Of a DNA stretch of 64,000 nucleotides, positions 1-9,234 are shown in pieces. Positions within the stretch are counted from its first letter, which is position 1, and every line of letters starts with the position of its first letter. The stretch comes from Candidatus Latescibacterota bacterium (GTDB taxonomy: Bacteria; Latescibacterota; UBA2968), in assembly GCA_965208125.1 (NCBI GenBank), contig OZ242320.1, forward strand, positions 2,848,001 through 2,912,000, read 5' to 3'. The notes beneath the pieces were generated by a model that made no database searches, was not told where the DNA came from, and worked only from the letters and a program-made list of their open reading frames with translations. Position numbers and translations under genes: made by a program.

Positions 1-295
1 GCCCTTTGTCTGGCAAGTATCCGCGCACTATGGATAGGTATTCCTTTTTTACCCGTCGCGCTGAAAATGCGGCACTCAATGTGCGTGCAATTTCAGGACG
101 AAGTGCAAATAGCACAACGCCCGATGTTCCTCGGTCCAGGCGGTGGACCGGATAAACCCACTGCCCGAGTTGGTTTCGCAATACGGGCATGCAACACATG
201 GCCGACCGATCCAGATGGGTCTGGTGTACAAACCAGCCACACGGTTTTTGTATGGCGACAAGATCATTGTCGCCATACAAGATGTTTAGCTTCAA
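1..295 (-). CDS. RluA/TruC-family RNA pseudouridine synthase, 5' part (runs off the window start; absent from the ORF track)
   Basis: Manual translation from TTG at 295: MKLNILYGDNDLVAIQKPCGWFVH...VYPVHRLDRGTSGVVLFA...VKKEYLSIVRG. Contains the catalytic HRLD motif, the KPxG motif and KxY. Confidence 0.9.
   Translation of the reverse strand, partial: MKLNILYGDNDLVAIQKPCGWFVHQTHLDRSAMCCMPVLRNQLGQWVYPVHRLDRGTSGVVLFALRPEIARTLSAAFSARRVKKEYLSIVRGYLPDKG
248..280. repeat. Perfect 14-bp inverted repeat with 5-nt loop
   Basis: ttgtatggcgacaa-gatca-ttgtcgccatacaa. Confidence 0.9.
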
Positions 296-363
296 AATCA
301 ATTCTCGCGAAAAAATAGGGCAGACCGCGTGGCTGCCCATCGAGACGTCAGATTATATATCCA

Positions 364-1062
364 TTATTTGATCTCGAGCAATTCCAATTCAAATATGAGT
401 GTTGAATTGGGACTAATTTGCCCGGCTTGCCGCGCGCCATAAGCCAGATAGGAGGGGATATAGAGTTCCCATTTTGATCCTGAGGGCATGAGTTGCAGGG
501 CCTCTGTCCAGCCGGGAATGAGTTGATCTACGCGAAATTGCGCCGGTTCCCCGCGGCTATAAGAACTGTCAAATTCCGTGCCGTCGAGCAATGTCCCGCG
601 ATAATGGCATACTACTGAGTCAGTTTTTTTGGGTTTCGCCCCGTCGCCGGCTTTGATCACTTTGTATTGCAAGCCGCTGTCCAATGTCACTACGCCTTCT
701 TTTTTCATGTTTTCCGCGAGGAAAGCCTCGCCAGCTTTTTTGTTTTCTGCTGCCATTTTGTTTTTCTCCGCCATTTGTTGTGCTCGTTGTTCTTGCTGTG
801 TCTCGATTAGAATTTTTAGTGCTTCGTCCGAGGAAAGCAGGGGGGATTCTCCAGAATAACCGTCTTTGAATCCCTGTACAAATACATCCATATCAATCTC
901 CATGCCCTGCTGCTTTTTCAATTGATCGGATAGATTTAAGCCCAATGCATAACTTAGCTTGTGTTGCTTGTCCTCGAGGTTGACTTCTACAAATTCGGGT
1001 TTTTCCTGTGTCTGGCAACCCAATAAGCCAGCAGCAATGAATACTGCAAAAAGACGCTTCAT
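364..1062 (-). CDS. FKBP-type peptidyl-prolyl isomerase (FkpA/Mip type), probable lipoprotein
   Basis: LLGC lipobox; FKBP_N SYALG; HYRGTLLDGTEFDSS, IPGWTEAL, LAYG. Confidence 0.95.
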   Translation of the reverse strand: MKRLFAVFIAAGLLGCQTQEKPEFVEVNLEDKQHKLSYALGLNLSDQLKKQQGMEIDMDVFVQGFKDGYSGESPLLSSDEALKILIETQQEQRAQQMAEKNKMAAENKKAGEAFLAENMKKEGVVTLDSGLQYKVIKAGDGAKPKKTDSVVCHYRGTLLDGTEFDSSYSRGEPAQFRVDQLIPGWTEALQLMPSGSKWELYIPSYLAYGARQAGQISPNSTLIFELELLEIK

Positions 1063-1135
1063 GTTTTCTCCTGAATAATAGGTAAACGTCCGCCTGTAAG
1101 GTCTGTCCCCGCAGGTCTGTGCAGGACGTGTCAGA

Positions 1136-2659
1136 CTAAATAGCCTGAAATCGCGTTTTTACTTCTGATAGCACAATATCTGGAATATCCTCTGTGCGCT
1201 CAACTGCATAAACACAAATGTGATCCGCAGCAGCAGCCCGCTGGCGAAATCGTTGGGCATCCCGGTTTTGCGCTACATGAACAGCGGTTACCCGGTTTTC
1301 TTTTTGGATCAGAAATTGCATTAGTGCATCGAGGTTGGTGATCTGCATATCTGTTATGAGAAAAATATCCACATGATTTTTGAGAAGGGGGTCCAGATCG
1401 GGCAGATGCAACGCGGTTCCACCACCGAAGTAGCGGCACAGGGCGAAGAATACGCGCTTGCGATCTCTTGAGAAATCCAGTACTTCTTTTCCTCCTGCCT
1501 GTGCATCGCTAAAATTGTAAACAGCCACGCGCTTGCCCCGTCGCAAATACGCATCGGCCGCGCATCCGGCACCTAAGACGGCGTGGGATATTTCTCGGCA
1601 TGGATCGACCATACTGCCCGAGGAATCGACGATGACCACACAATCGGGTATGCCATCGCCATCGCCGTGGGTTTCGCCATCTCGCCAGTTCCACATCTGG
1701 GAAATGCCCGGCATGACGCGCCCAAAACTGGTCCACACATCGATGTGCTGAACGGGTTTGCCAATTTCCCAAGGCGAGTGAGAATGCGGATGTAATCCGC
1801 CGACCTTTTCCAATGGCATGGTTTGCACGGGCAGGCGAAATGCAGATGCGCGCGCCATGTAAAACAAGAGGTCGGCATCTGTAGGCGTGCCTTTGCCCCG
1901 GCCCATATCGGGCATCATATTGGCGTCTTGTAGTTCGTCGGCAAAATCGCGCACCATTTCTCGAAAGGCGTAAAATCCCTGCTCGGCAAATTGCGCCATT
2001 CCCGCTGCGAGTTCGCCTGCGGCATACTGCTGGGTATCGCCCATCATGCCACCCTGTCCATTTCCATCGTCCATTTCTTTTTGGATTAACGGGGCAATTA
2101 CCTGTGCAAATGCCCTGAGGCTATCGCCCCACTGCGAGGCGTCCAGATAGGGTATGCGGGCGAGCCGATCTACTTCGCCGCGATCTTCCACGCCCAAATT
2201 TTCTCCCCAGAGACGCTGGTACAATGCCCGAATTACGTCTGTCACTTCACTCGATTCGGCATGGCGATACACTTCGGGCAATTTTGATTCGCGCTCGCGC
2301 ACAGCATGGGTATCGACCACTACGTCCGAGAAATATTCGACTACCTGCTTGACCAGTGCCCCGTCCAATAACACGGGTTTGAGCGCGGCATATAGCTTTA
2401 AGTGCGTCTCAAAATCCCAGGGACAAACGGTGTGATGCCCCACGCCGTGGTCCAGGAGTGCAGAGGTGGCGTCTTCTATGTCCATTACTTGCGCGAGGGC
2501 AGCCAGCCGATTGGCATTCAATTGGATCACTTTGTCCGTCATTTGAATGCTCGCGGCTTCGTCGCCTGTTTCGATTACTTCTGGCGTTGGCAATTCGGGA
2601 AATAGATGGCGCTTGCGAACTGTGGGCCAAATGCGCTGGATGAGGTCGTTGAAGTTCAT
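1136..2659 (-). CDS. vWA-domain protein with N-terminal zincin-like region
   Basis: C-terminal MIDAS DSSGS...GGGT...ITD; N-terminal HGVGH resembles HExxH; two genes downstream of a MoxR ATPase. Confidence 0.8.
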   Translation of the reverse strand: MNFNDLIQRIWPTVRKRHLFPELPTPEVIETGDEAASIQMTDKVIQLNANRLAALAQVMDIEDATSALLDHGVGHHTVCPWDFETHLKLYAALKPVLLDGALVKQVVEYFSDVVVDTHAVRERESKLPEVYRHAESSEVTDVIRALYQRLWGENLGVEDRGEVDRLARIPYLDASQWGDSLRAFAQVIAPLIQKEMDDGNGQGGMMGDTQQYAAGELAAGMAQFAEQGFYAFREMVRDFADELQDANMMPDMGRGKGTPTDADLLFYMARASAFRLPVQTMPLEKVGGLHPHSHSPWEIGKPVQHIDVWTSFGRVMPGISQMWNWRDGETHGDGDGIPDCVVIVDSSGSMVDPCREISHAVLGAGCAADAYLRRGKRVAVYNFSDAQAGGKEVLDFSRDRKRVFFALCRYFGGGTALHLPDLDPLLKNHVDIFLITDMQITNLDALMQFLIQKENRVTAVHVAQNRDAQRFRQRAAAADHICVYAVERTEDIPDIVLSEVKTRFQAI

Positions 2660-3429
2660 TTTGTTGATCCTCTGAGCATTTGGTCTCGGTGATAAATCGC
2701 GCCGCCTTCGGCATTGCCCACACCTCCCAGACGTCCGCCGATGTGGATTTCGCCGGCTTGCATTTGTTCGCCGATGTATCTGCCGGCGTCTCCCGAGACT
2801 TCAATCCGTCCGTCGATCATACCCGCGCCCAGATAGTGTCGGACATTTCCCTCGACCTTCAGGCAGCCTCCCATGAGCGAAATGCCCGTGAGGTCGCCCA
2901 GGTCGCCCACAATGGTGAGTGTGATGTCTTTGCGCAGGCGATATCCCATGAGAGATAGGCGCAAGTCGTGATCCGTGAGATCGAGATGAATGTCCGACTG
3001 GGACGATGCGTTGCAAAAGGCCGATAAGAACAAGCCGAGAGGTTCCATGACAAAGAAAGCCGCGTTATTGCTTTGCAGGGCGTGCGCGCAAAACGCTTCG
3101 ATATCGGTCATTTCCCATTCGATTTTTCCCACGATCTGCGATGCCGCAGCATAGGTCGATTCAATGGTTTTGCGGTCGGCTTGCCAGAGTCCCTCGCCGA
3201 CGCATTCGTTGATTAGTGCGCTGTAAGCTGCTGTCAACCGATCCATTGTCTCGGTGTGAGATGCGAGAATTTCATCCATGGGCAGGACGCGCTTTTTGCG
3301 CGTGTCTTCGACGAATTCGGCGAAGGGATTGCGCTTTGGGGATAGTAAGCCGTTGACGCGCTCTGCGTTTTCAGGGGTCAGATCGGATGGTGCAATTCGA
3401 TCATATTCGCGGAATGGGTTTTGTCGCAT
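2656..3429 (-). CDS. GXGXG (FwdC/GltB C-terminal-like) beta-helix protein
   Basis: Repeats VGDLGDLTGISLMGG / VEGNVRHYLGAGMIDG / VSGDAGRYIGEQMQAG; 4-bp overlap with the vWA gene. Confidence 0.75.
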   Translation of the reverse strand: MRQNPFREYDRIAPSDLTPENAERVNGLLSPKRNPFAEFVEDTRKKRVLPMDEILASHTETMDRLTAAYSALINECVGEGLWQADRKTIESTYAAASQIVGKIEWEMTDIEAFCAHALQSNNAAFFVMEPLGLFLSAFCNASSQSDIHLDLTDHDLRLSLMGYRLRKDITLTIVGDLGDLTGISLMGGCLKVEGNVRHYLGAGMIDGRIEVSGDAGRYIGEQMQAGEIHIGGRLGGVGNAEGGAIYHRDQMLRGSTK

Positions 3430-3444
3430 GTCTGGCTCTTGGAA

Positions 3445-4767
3445 TTACGAAAATTCTGGGCGTATAGGCTCTTGTCCCAGGTCGCGCATAATTTCCAGGT
3501 AAATGGGGTGTTCGCCCTGAATGGGTTGTTCGTCGGCACCATTCAAGATGCGATTGGCAGTTACCAGAGCAGTTTGGATGCGTTCGCTTTGCTCGGTGTA
3601 GCGCCGAAAGACTTGTCGCACCGCTTCTCGCGCTCTGTGAATGGGCAATACATCATCCCGGTTGTCTTGCGTTTCTTCTTCGTCTCGCCATTGGATGCGG
3701 TGAGCACAGGTGTATGGCAATATCGTGCGGATATGTTCGATATGCACTTCTTTATCGCGCAGCACCCAGGCGAGTGCCTGTGCGTAGCGCCGGATGGAGA
3801 TGGGCAGGCGATTGGACGGGCATGTTTGTACTTCGTAACACAGGTAGCCCGTGTAATGACAACCTTCTCCACAAACTTCATTGGTGCGTTTTTGTCCGTA
3901 TTTACAGCAGAAAGATAGCTCGGCCAAAAAGGTTCGAATATAGGCACTGGCATCGGCCTGGAAAGGCAATGCGCTCATTTCACTGCGAATGGTTTCGCGC
4001 TCGGCACGCCCCAGAGTTGGTACGGACAAACGCTCGGAAATCGCTTTTCCATAATCCTCGGAAATCGCTTCTATCTCTGCTTCGGCATTGGGGTTGACCA
4101 GACACGCCTGAAGGGCCTGCTCGCGTTGGGGATCTCGCAGGAGATGCGCGGGAGAGGATTCGGTGCCGATCATCCAGGACAAATTTGCGCCCGGATATTT
4201 GGATTCTACCATTACGTCAAAGCGATCCAGGAGAGGTACAACAATGGTATTTGTTCCGCGGTCCTGATAATTGGCCGTTGCGAACAAACAGTATTCTTCG
4301 TTGATCTGCATCTGGTTCAAGTAGGACCAGTTGCCGCGATCCACGCCGTTGAGGATCAGGCTCTGCTTTGTTTCCGGCAAACGGTTAATTTCATCTACGA
4401 CTTTGACGGGTAAGACGGAAAATGCCGACCAGACCACATCTTCTTCGCCGCGGTTGAGTGCGCCGAGGTTTGGGCGCCCGACAATTTTTTCTTCGGTCTG
4501 CTCGGGGTGTCCGCTCACTTCGGCTTCCCACACAGCTCCCAATGGCATGCGATATAGCAGCGCGCCTATATACTCTGCCGATGTTGTTTTGCCCAGGCCG
4601 GGTTCACCTACGATCAGAATTTTGCCACCTAATAATCCCGTCAGGGTGCTGAGCAACAAAGCGGCATTGTGTTTTTGTCCTTCGATCTCCAGGTCTGCCC
4701 GGTTAAAATACAACCGATCCTGGATAAAGGTCAAGATATCGCGTACTGTTGTCTGTAAGTCGGCCAT
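3445..4767 (-). CDS. MoxR-family AAA+ ATPase
   Basis: Walker A GEPGLGKT, Walker B VVDEINR, ATAN, LLDRF; ATG at 4767 with GAGG RBS (the ORF-track start overlaps potC). Confidence 0.9.
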   Translation of the reverse strand: MADLQTTVRDILTFIQDRLYFNRADLEIEGQKHNAALLLSTLTGLLGGKILIVGEPGLGKTTSAEYIGALLYRMPLGAVWEAEVSGHPEQTEEKIVGRPNLGALNRGEEDVVWSAFSVLPVKVVDEINRLPETKQSLILNGVDRGNWSYLNQMQINEEYCLFATANYQDRGTNTIVVPLLDRFDVMVESKYPGANLSWMIGTESSPAHLLRDPQREQALQACLVNPNAEAEIEAISEDYGKAISERLSVPTLGRAERETIRSEMSALPFQADASAYIRTFLAELSFCCKYGQKRTNEVCGEGCHYTGYLCYEVQTCPSNRLPISIRRYAQALAWVLRDKEVHIEHIRTILPYTCAHRIQWRDEEETQDNRDDVLPIHRAREAVRQVFRRYTEQSERIQTALVTANRILNGADEQPIQGEHPIYLEIMRDLGQEPIRPEFS

Positions 4768-4774
4768 TTTGACC

Positions 4775-5596
4775 TCAGTCTGCCTGGGAAGCGGCGGCGG
4801 AGCGGCGGCGTAGCCATTCGACGGTGAGCAGTAGCAATACGGCAAAGGCGATCAGGAATGTTGCGACGGCGAGGATGGTTGGGCTGATTTGCTCGCGGAT
4901 GCCCGCCCACATCTGGCGCGGGATAGTGCGCTGTTCAATGCCGCCCATAAAAAGGACGACTACTACTTCGTCAAAAGATGTTGCAAACGCGAAGAGCGCG
5001 CCAGAGATAACGCCCGGTGCGATTAGCGGCAGTTGTACTCTGCGGAACGTGAGGATTGGCGAGGCACCGAGGCTTGCGGAAGCGCGCGTCAGGTTTGTAT
5101 CAAAGGCGGATAGGGTAGCGGTGACAGTGATTACGACAAATGGCGTGCCCAGTGCGGCGTGGGATAGGATTAATCCGATGTGGGTTTGTGCGAGGCCCAG
5201 AGTTGAATAAAAAAAGAACATGCCCGCCGCGGAGATGATCACTGGTGTGACCATCGGCGAGATCAATAGCGCCATTGCGATGCGACGACCGGGCATGCTG
5301 GATAGACCCAGCGCGGCGAGTGTGCCCAGCGCGGTTGCCAGTGCAGTGGAAGAGATGCCGATGATCAGGCTGTTGACCAGTCCGCGCGTCCACAATTCGT
5401 TTTCGATAATTTGCCGGTACCAGCGCAGGGAATACGCTTCGGCGTCCAGGCGCAGCATGCCCTCGGTGAAGGTGAAGTAGGGTTCGGCATTGAAGCTCAG
5501 CGGTACGATCACCAGAATTGGCGCGATCAGGAATGCGAAGATCAGGGTACAGGAGGCCAGGTACGCGACCCGGCCAATGTATTGTGTAGAGATCAT
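4775..5596 (-). CDS. potC: Polyamine ABC transporter permease (PotC-like)
   Basis: ASLGASP EAA-type loop, FATSFDEVVV, multiple TM segments, operon context. Confidence 0.85.
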   Translation of the reverse strand: MISTQYIGRVAYLASCTLIFAFLIAPILVIVPLSFNAEPYFTFTEGMLRLDAEAYSLRWYRQIIENELWTRGLVNSLIIGISSTALATALGTLAALGLSSMPGRRIAMALLISPMVTPVIISAAGMFFFYSTLGLAQTHIGLILSHAALGTPFVVITVTATLSAFDTNLTRASASLGASPILTFRRVQLPLIAPGVISGALFAFATSFDEVVVVLFMGGIEQRTIPRQMWAGIREQISPTILAVATFLIAFAVLLLLTVEWLRRRSAAASQAD

Positions 5597-5597
5597 G

Positions 5598-6812
5598 TTA
5601 GCCCAGTCTCATGCGGTCAATGCCGACTATGCGGTCGTAGATCAGATAGAGCGCGATTACGCATACCAGCAAGATGCCGCCAAGTGCCCCGGCCAGGCTC
5701 CAGTTGAGCGAGGTCTGCATGTGGTAGGCGATCATGTTGGAGATGAGTTGTCCGGTGCTGCCGCCTACCAGCGCGGGGGTGATGTAGTAGCCGATGGCGA
5801 GGATGAATACCAGCAGCGATCCGGCACCTACGCCGGGCAGGGTCTGTGGCCAGTACACGCGCCAAAATGCCTGAAAGGAACTCGCTCCCAGCGACGCAGC
5901 AGCACTCATCTGGCTCGGTGGAATGGCGCGCATGATGGAGTATAGGGGCAGGATCATAAAGGGCAGGAGCACATGGGTCATTGCCACCAGTGTGCCAGTC
6001 ATGTTGTAGATCATGGCGAGGCGGCCATCGTCGCCGATTAGCCCGAGTGTGACGAGCAAGTCGTTGAGTACGCCCTGGGTCTGGAGTAGTACGATCCAGG
6101 ATGTGGTTCTCACCAGGAGCGATGTCCAGAAGGGCACGAGTACGAGGATGAGGAGCAGGTTTGCGATGCGCGGAGGCGAATGCGCGATTAAGTGGGCGAT
6201 GGGATAGCCGAGCAGCAGGCAGATCGCGGTGATACTCAGGCTCACGACAAAGGTGCGCCACAAGAGGGCCAGATAGATGCGGCGTTCTGGGGGCTGGCGT
6301 GCGATGGAGCCGTCGGGCAGGGGTTGCAGGTCAATGGCATTGAGATAGTGCCGCGCGGTGAAACGGTCTCCGGCACTGCGGATGGCGTGCCAGGTTTGTA
6401 CATCGCCCCATGCGGTATTAAGGCCAATCATGGCATCGCGATAGGGCCCTTCGCGGACGTTTTGCAACGATCTTGCACTGCGCGTGAAAACGCTGCGAAG
6501 ACCCGGATGTACGCGGTTGACGCGGGTGGCAACTCGACCCAGCGAGCGATCTGTGCGCGCTTTTAATAGCTCGCGCGCAGCCGCTGCGTACACCGCTTCG
6601 TTGGGTGTGCTCTTTCCATCCCATTCTCTCAGCAGGCCGAGGGTTTCGGGCAGGGCATTGCCTACTGTGGGATCATACACACTGTGTACGAGCATCATCG
6701 CCAGCGGCGCGATAAATGTGACGCCGATGAATGCCAGTAATGGCAACACCAGTCCCGTAGCGCGCAGTCGCGGGCGGAGGATGGTGGTTTTGATGTTTGT
6801 ATTGGAGTTCAT
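5598..6812 (-). CDS. potB: Polyamine ABC transporter permease (PotB-like)
   Basis: PFWTSLLVRT, LLPFMILPLY, GYYITPALVGG. Confidence 0.85.
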   Translation of the reverse strand: MNSNTNIKTTILRPRLRATGLVLPLLAFIGVTFIAPLAMMLVHSVYDPTVGNALPETLGLLREWDGKSTPNEAVYAAAARELLKARTDRSLGRVATRVNRVHPGLRSVFTRSARSLQNVREGPYRDAMIGLNTAWGDVQTWHAIRSAGDRFTARHYLNAIDLQPLPDGSIARQPPERRIYLALLWRTFVVSLSITAICLLLGYPIAHLIAHSPPRIANLLLILVLVPFWTSLLVRTTSWIVLLQTQGVLNDLLVTLGLIGDDGRLAMIYNMTGTLVAMTHVLLPFMILPLYSIMRAIPPSQMSAAASLGASSFQAFWRVYWPQTLPGVGAGSLLVFILAIGYYITPALVGGSTGQLISNMIAYHMQTSLNWSLAGALGGILLVCVIALYLIYDRIVGIDRMRLG

Positions 6813-7637
6813 AGGTTAGTTTCGAGTTCAAAGAATTCGTTCAGTTTGGATTGTAGTAGCTTTTTGTCAGGCAAATGTAACTGGTATTCGGCAACGACCG
6901 CGGGAGAAGTGCTGCGGCTTACGGCGTATTCCACTACCTCGTCCTCTTTGGTTTTACACAGCAAGATACCGATGCTGGGATTTTCGTGAGATTTCTTGAC
7001 ATCGCGATCCAGGGCTTCAAGGTAGAAGTTAAGTTTGCCGATGTGTTCGGGTTCAAACGCGGTAATCTTCAATTCAATGGCGATAGGGAAGATCAAGAAA
7101 TTCGACTACATAGCTGTCTTTGAATGCATGTTTGGCTTCCGACGGCAAAACTCGTGACACTGTTGCGAGTTTTTTTTCGGCGAGTACCGTGCGCTCGAAG
7201 GTTGCGCTGTCGATGGCTCGCTGGAGTTCGCGCACGGAATGATTTTCGCGGATCGCGTAGCGGAGATAGAATTCACGTTCTTCGGTAGTTTTACAGCGTC
7301 CGAGTAAGTCGAGATGGCTGCTCCATGCTAATTCTCGCAACAGTGTTGCGAGTTCTTCAGGAGTATCGCGCCAGGTCTCGTAAAACTGACGCATGCGCCA
7401 CAAATTGGAAGCCGAAAAACCGCGCAAACCGGGAACATGCATGGCCAAGTAGTCGGCCAGTTCAGTCACAGTGCCGCGTCCCCAACCGCTATTCTGAATA
7501 CGGCTACTGATACGGGAGCCTATCTCCCAGTAGAGGTCAACCAGTTCGCGGTTGACCAAGCGGAATACCCGGCCTCGCCGCTCGTGTATGAGGTTGACGA
7601 GATCGGAAAAATCTGACTGGGGAATCAAGTTAGACAT
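6809..7637 (-). pseudogene. DUF1016/YhcG PD-(D/E)xK nuclease, internally deleted and frameshifted
   Basis: N-half VNRELVDLYWEIG...GWG...GFSASNLWRMRQFY...EFLDLP joins in another frame to IAIELK...GKLNFYL...NPSIGILLC; the usual intervening segment (ELG..F..IDLLF) is missing. Confidence 0.85.
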
Positions 7638-7800
7638 GTCCTATCGTCGCGTTGATATAGTCTCGCATCATGGCTTTACCGGTGTCCACATCGTCAGCAC
7701 GTATGCACCGGATGGCCTCTTTTATCAATTCCTTTCGGAATACCGGATCGCGCTGGACGCGGGCCTTTATCGTTTCTTTGAAATCACATGTAAGTGCCAT
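7630..7800 (-). pseudogene. Truncated addiction-module antitoxin (HTH part missing)
   Basis: MALTCDFKETIKARVQRDPVFRKELI...GKAMMRDYINATIG matches the N-terminus of a common antitoxin family but stops after 56 aa. Confidence 0.7.
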
Positions 7801-7837
7801 ATCTTTTTTTATGCCGTTTATATTCTTAACCACAGAG

Positions 7838-8090
7838 TTATCGTGTGTTTCGCCGACCAAGCTCTTGGAGGACTACACTGAGTTGATCTATTGCGTTGAG
7901 AGCTTCTTCTTCAAGGGCTTCAAACCGCCGATGTATTACCTCGTTTCTTATGGTTATCAGGACTTTCGCGGCCTGCTCAGTCGCCTCGGGAAGTAGTCTT
8001 CCCTTCCTCGCTTTAGTTAAAAGTCCACCGACGGTATCCTTTTTGCTTTGCTCCTCAGTGATACTGCCTGCGTCAACAAGCTCCTTCCTA
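7838..8090 (-). pseudogene. C-terminal fragment of a HEPN/DUF4145-like protein
   Basis: RNEVIH (RxxxxH) motif in a helical segment; no credible start, begins at the potD stop. Confidence 0.5.
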
Positions 8091-9197
8091 TCACCGGGCC
8101 AGCCAGGCACTGAAGCGCTCGTTCATTTCATCGATGTGATCGCTCCACCATTCCCAGGAGTTTCGCAGGGCACGCTTAGAATTTTGCGGGCTGTTGGGCA
8201 TGTGGGGGTTCATTTCCACGCCTTTCTCGGCGTGTGTCGATATTAGCGGCTCTGCAGAGATGCGCGTGGGACTGTAGGCGATGTAACGACCGACGCCAGC
8301 TATGGCTTTCGCCGTTGCGGCGAAGTGGAGAAACTTCTTTGCGGCTTCGAGGTTCCGTGTTCCCGCGACAATGACAAGTCCACCTGTGTCCAGTATTTGC
8401 CCGTCCCACACGATGACAAAGGGTTGATCTTCCAGTACCTGGGCATTGAAGATGCGTCCGTTATAGGCTGTGGACATTACTACCTCGCCATCGGCGAGCA
8501 TCTGCGGTGGCTGTGCCCCGGCTTCCCACCATACAATGTGGTCTTTGATGGTGTCTAACTTGCGAAAGGCGCGATCTACGCCTTCGGATGTATTGAGGGT
8601 GGGATATACTTTGTTGAGCGGCACGCCGTCTGCGATCAGCGCGAATTCCAGGTTCACCAGAGGCGTGCGGCGCATGCCTCTGCGCCCGGGGAATTTTTCG
8701 AGGTCAAAAAAGTCGGCCATTGTGGTGGGTTTTTCGCCCGGGATATTCTCTTCGTTGTACGCATATACGGTGGAGTAAAATATCGTTGCCGGACCGCAAT
8801 CCGTCATCGTGCCGAGCGGAAAATCCTGTGACGCAGGTGTTCCATCGGCTCCCGCTGGCAGCGAGTTGACCGGGATGGGTTCGAGCAGGCCCTCGTCACA
8901 GCCTCGCACCATGTCGGGAATTTCCATATCGACGACGTCCCAATGCACATTGCCCGACTCGACCTGTGCGCGGATTTGTGCCAGCCCGCCGTTGTAGTCT
9001 TCGAGGTTGATTTTAATGCCTGTTTCAGCGGTGAATGCCTCGTGGTAGCCTTTGACGCAGGCGTGTGCATAAGATCCACCCCAGGAGACCACGGTCAGGG
9101 GTCTATCGTTGGCAACTGCACGATCTGAGGTCCATATCGCCAGTGCGGTCAGTACAGTTAGATAAAATGCCGTTTTACGCTTGTTTTTCCACTTCAA
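8091..9197 (-). CDS. Polyamine ABC substrate-binding protein, copy 1
   Basis: Signal peptide; VSWGGSY, WDVVD, YNGRI; PotD/PotF-like. Confidence 0.9.
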   Translation of the reverse strand: MKWKNKRKTAFYLTVLTALAIWTSDRAVANDRPLTVVSWGGSYAHACVKGYHEAFTAETGIKINLEDYNGGLAQIRAQVESGNVHWDVVDMEIPDMVRGCDEGLLEPIPVNSLPAGADGTPASQDFPLGTMTDCGPATIFYSTVYAYNEENIPGEKPTTMADFFDLEKFPGRRGMRRTPLVNLEFALIADGVPLNKVYPTLNTSEGVDRAFRKLDTIKDHIVWWEAGAQPPQMLADGEVVMSTAYNGRIFNAQVLEDQPFVIVWDGQILDTGGLVIVAGTRNLEAAKKFLHFAATAKAIAGVGRYIAYSPTRISAEPLISTHAEKGVEMNPHMPNSPQNSKRALRNSWEWWSDHIDEMNERFSAWLAR

Positions 9198-9234
9198 GTT
9201 ATTTCCTCCTTGTACGGTATGAGTAGAATATCCC

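Noticed and set aside
76-276. 66-aa ORF with CVAC/CPYC, suggestive of a zinc finger
   Set aside because: Alternative frame of the pseudouridine synthase gene, whose HRLD frame explains the region
1085-1130. Weak palindromic sequence between the vWA and FKBP genes
   Set aside because: Too degenerate to call as a REP or terminator
2656-3429. Formylmethanofuran dehydrogenase subunit C, implying C1 metabolism
   Set aside because: Only a short GXGXG stretch; no fwdA/B/D or fhc genes nearby
7074-7096. Programmed frameshift in the DUF1016 gene
   Set aside because: A conserved internal segment is missing, so frameshifting would not restore a full protein; no clear slippery site
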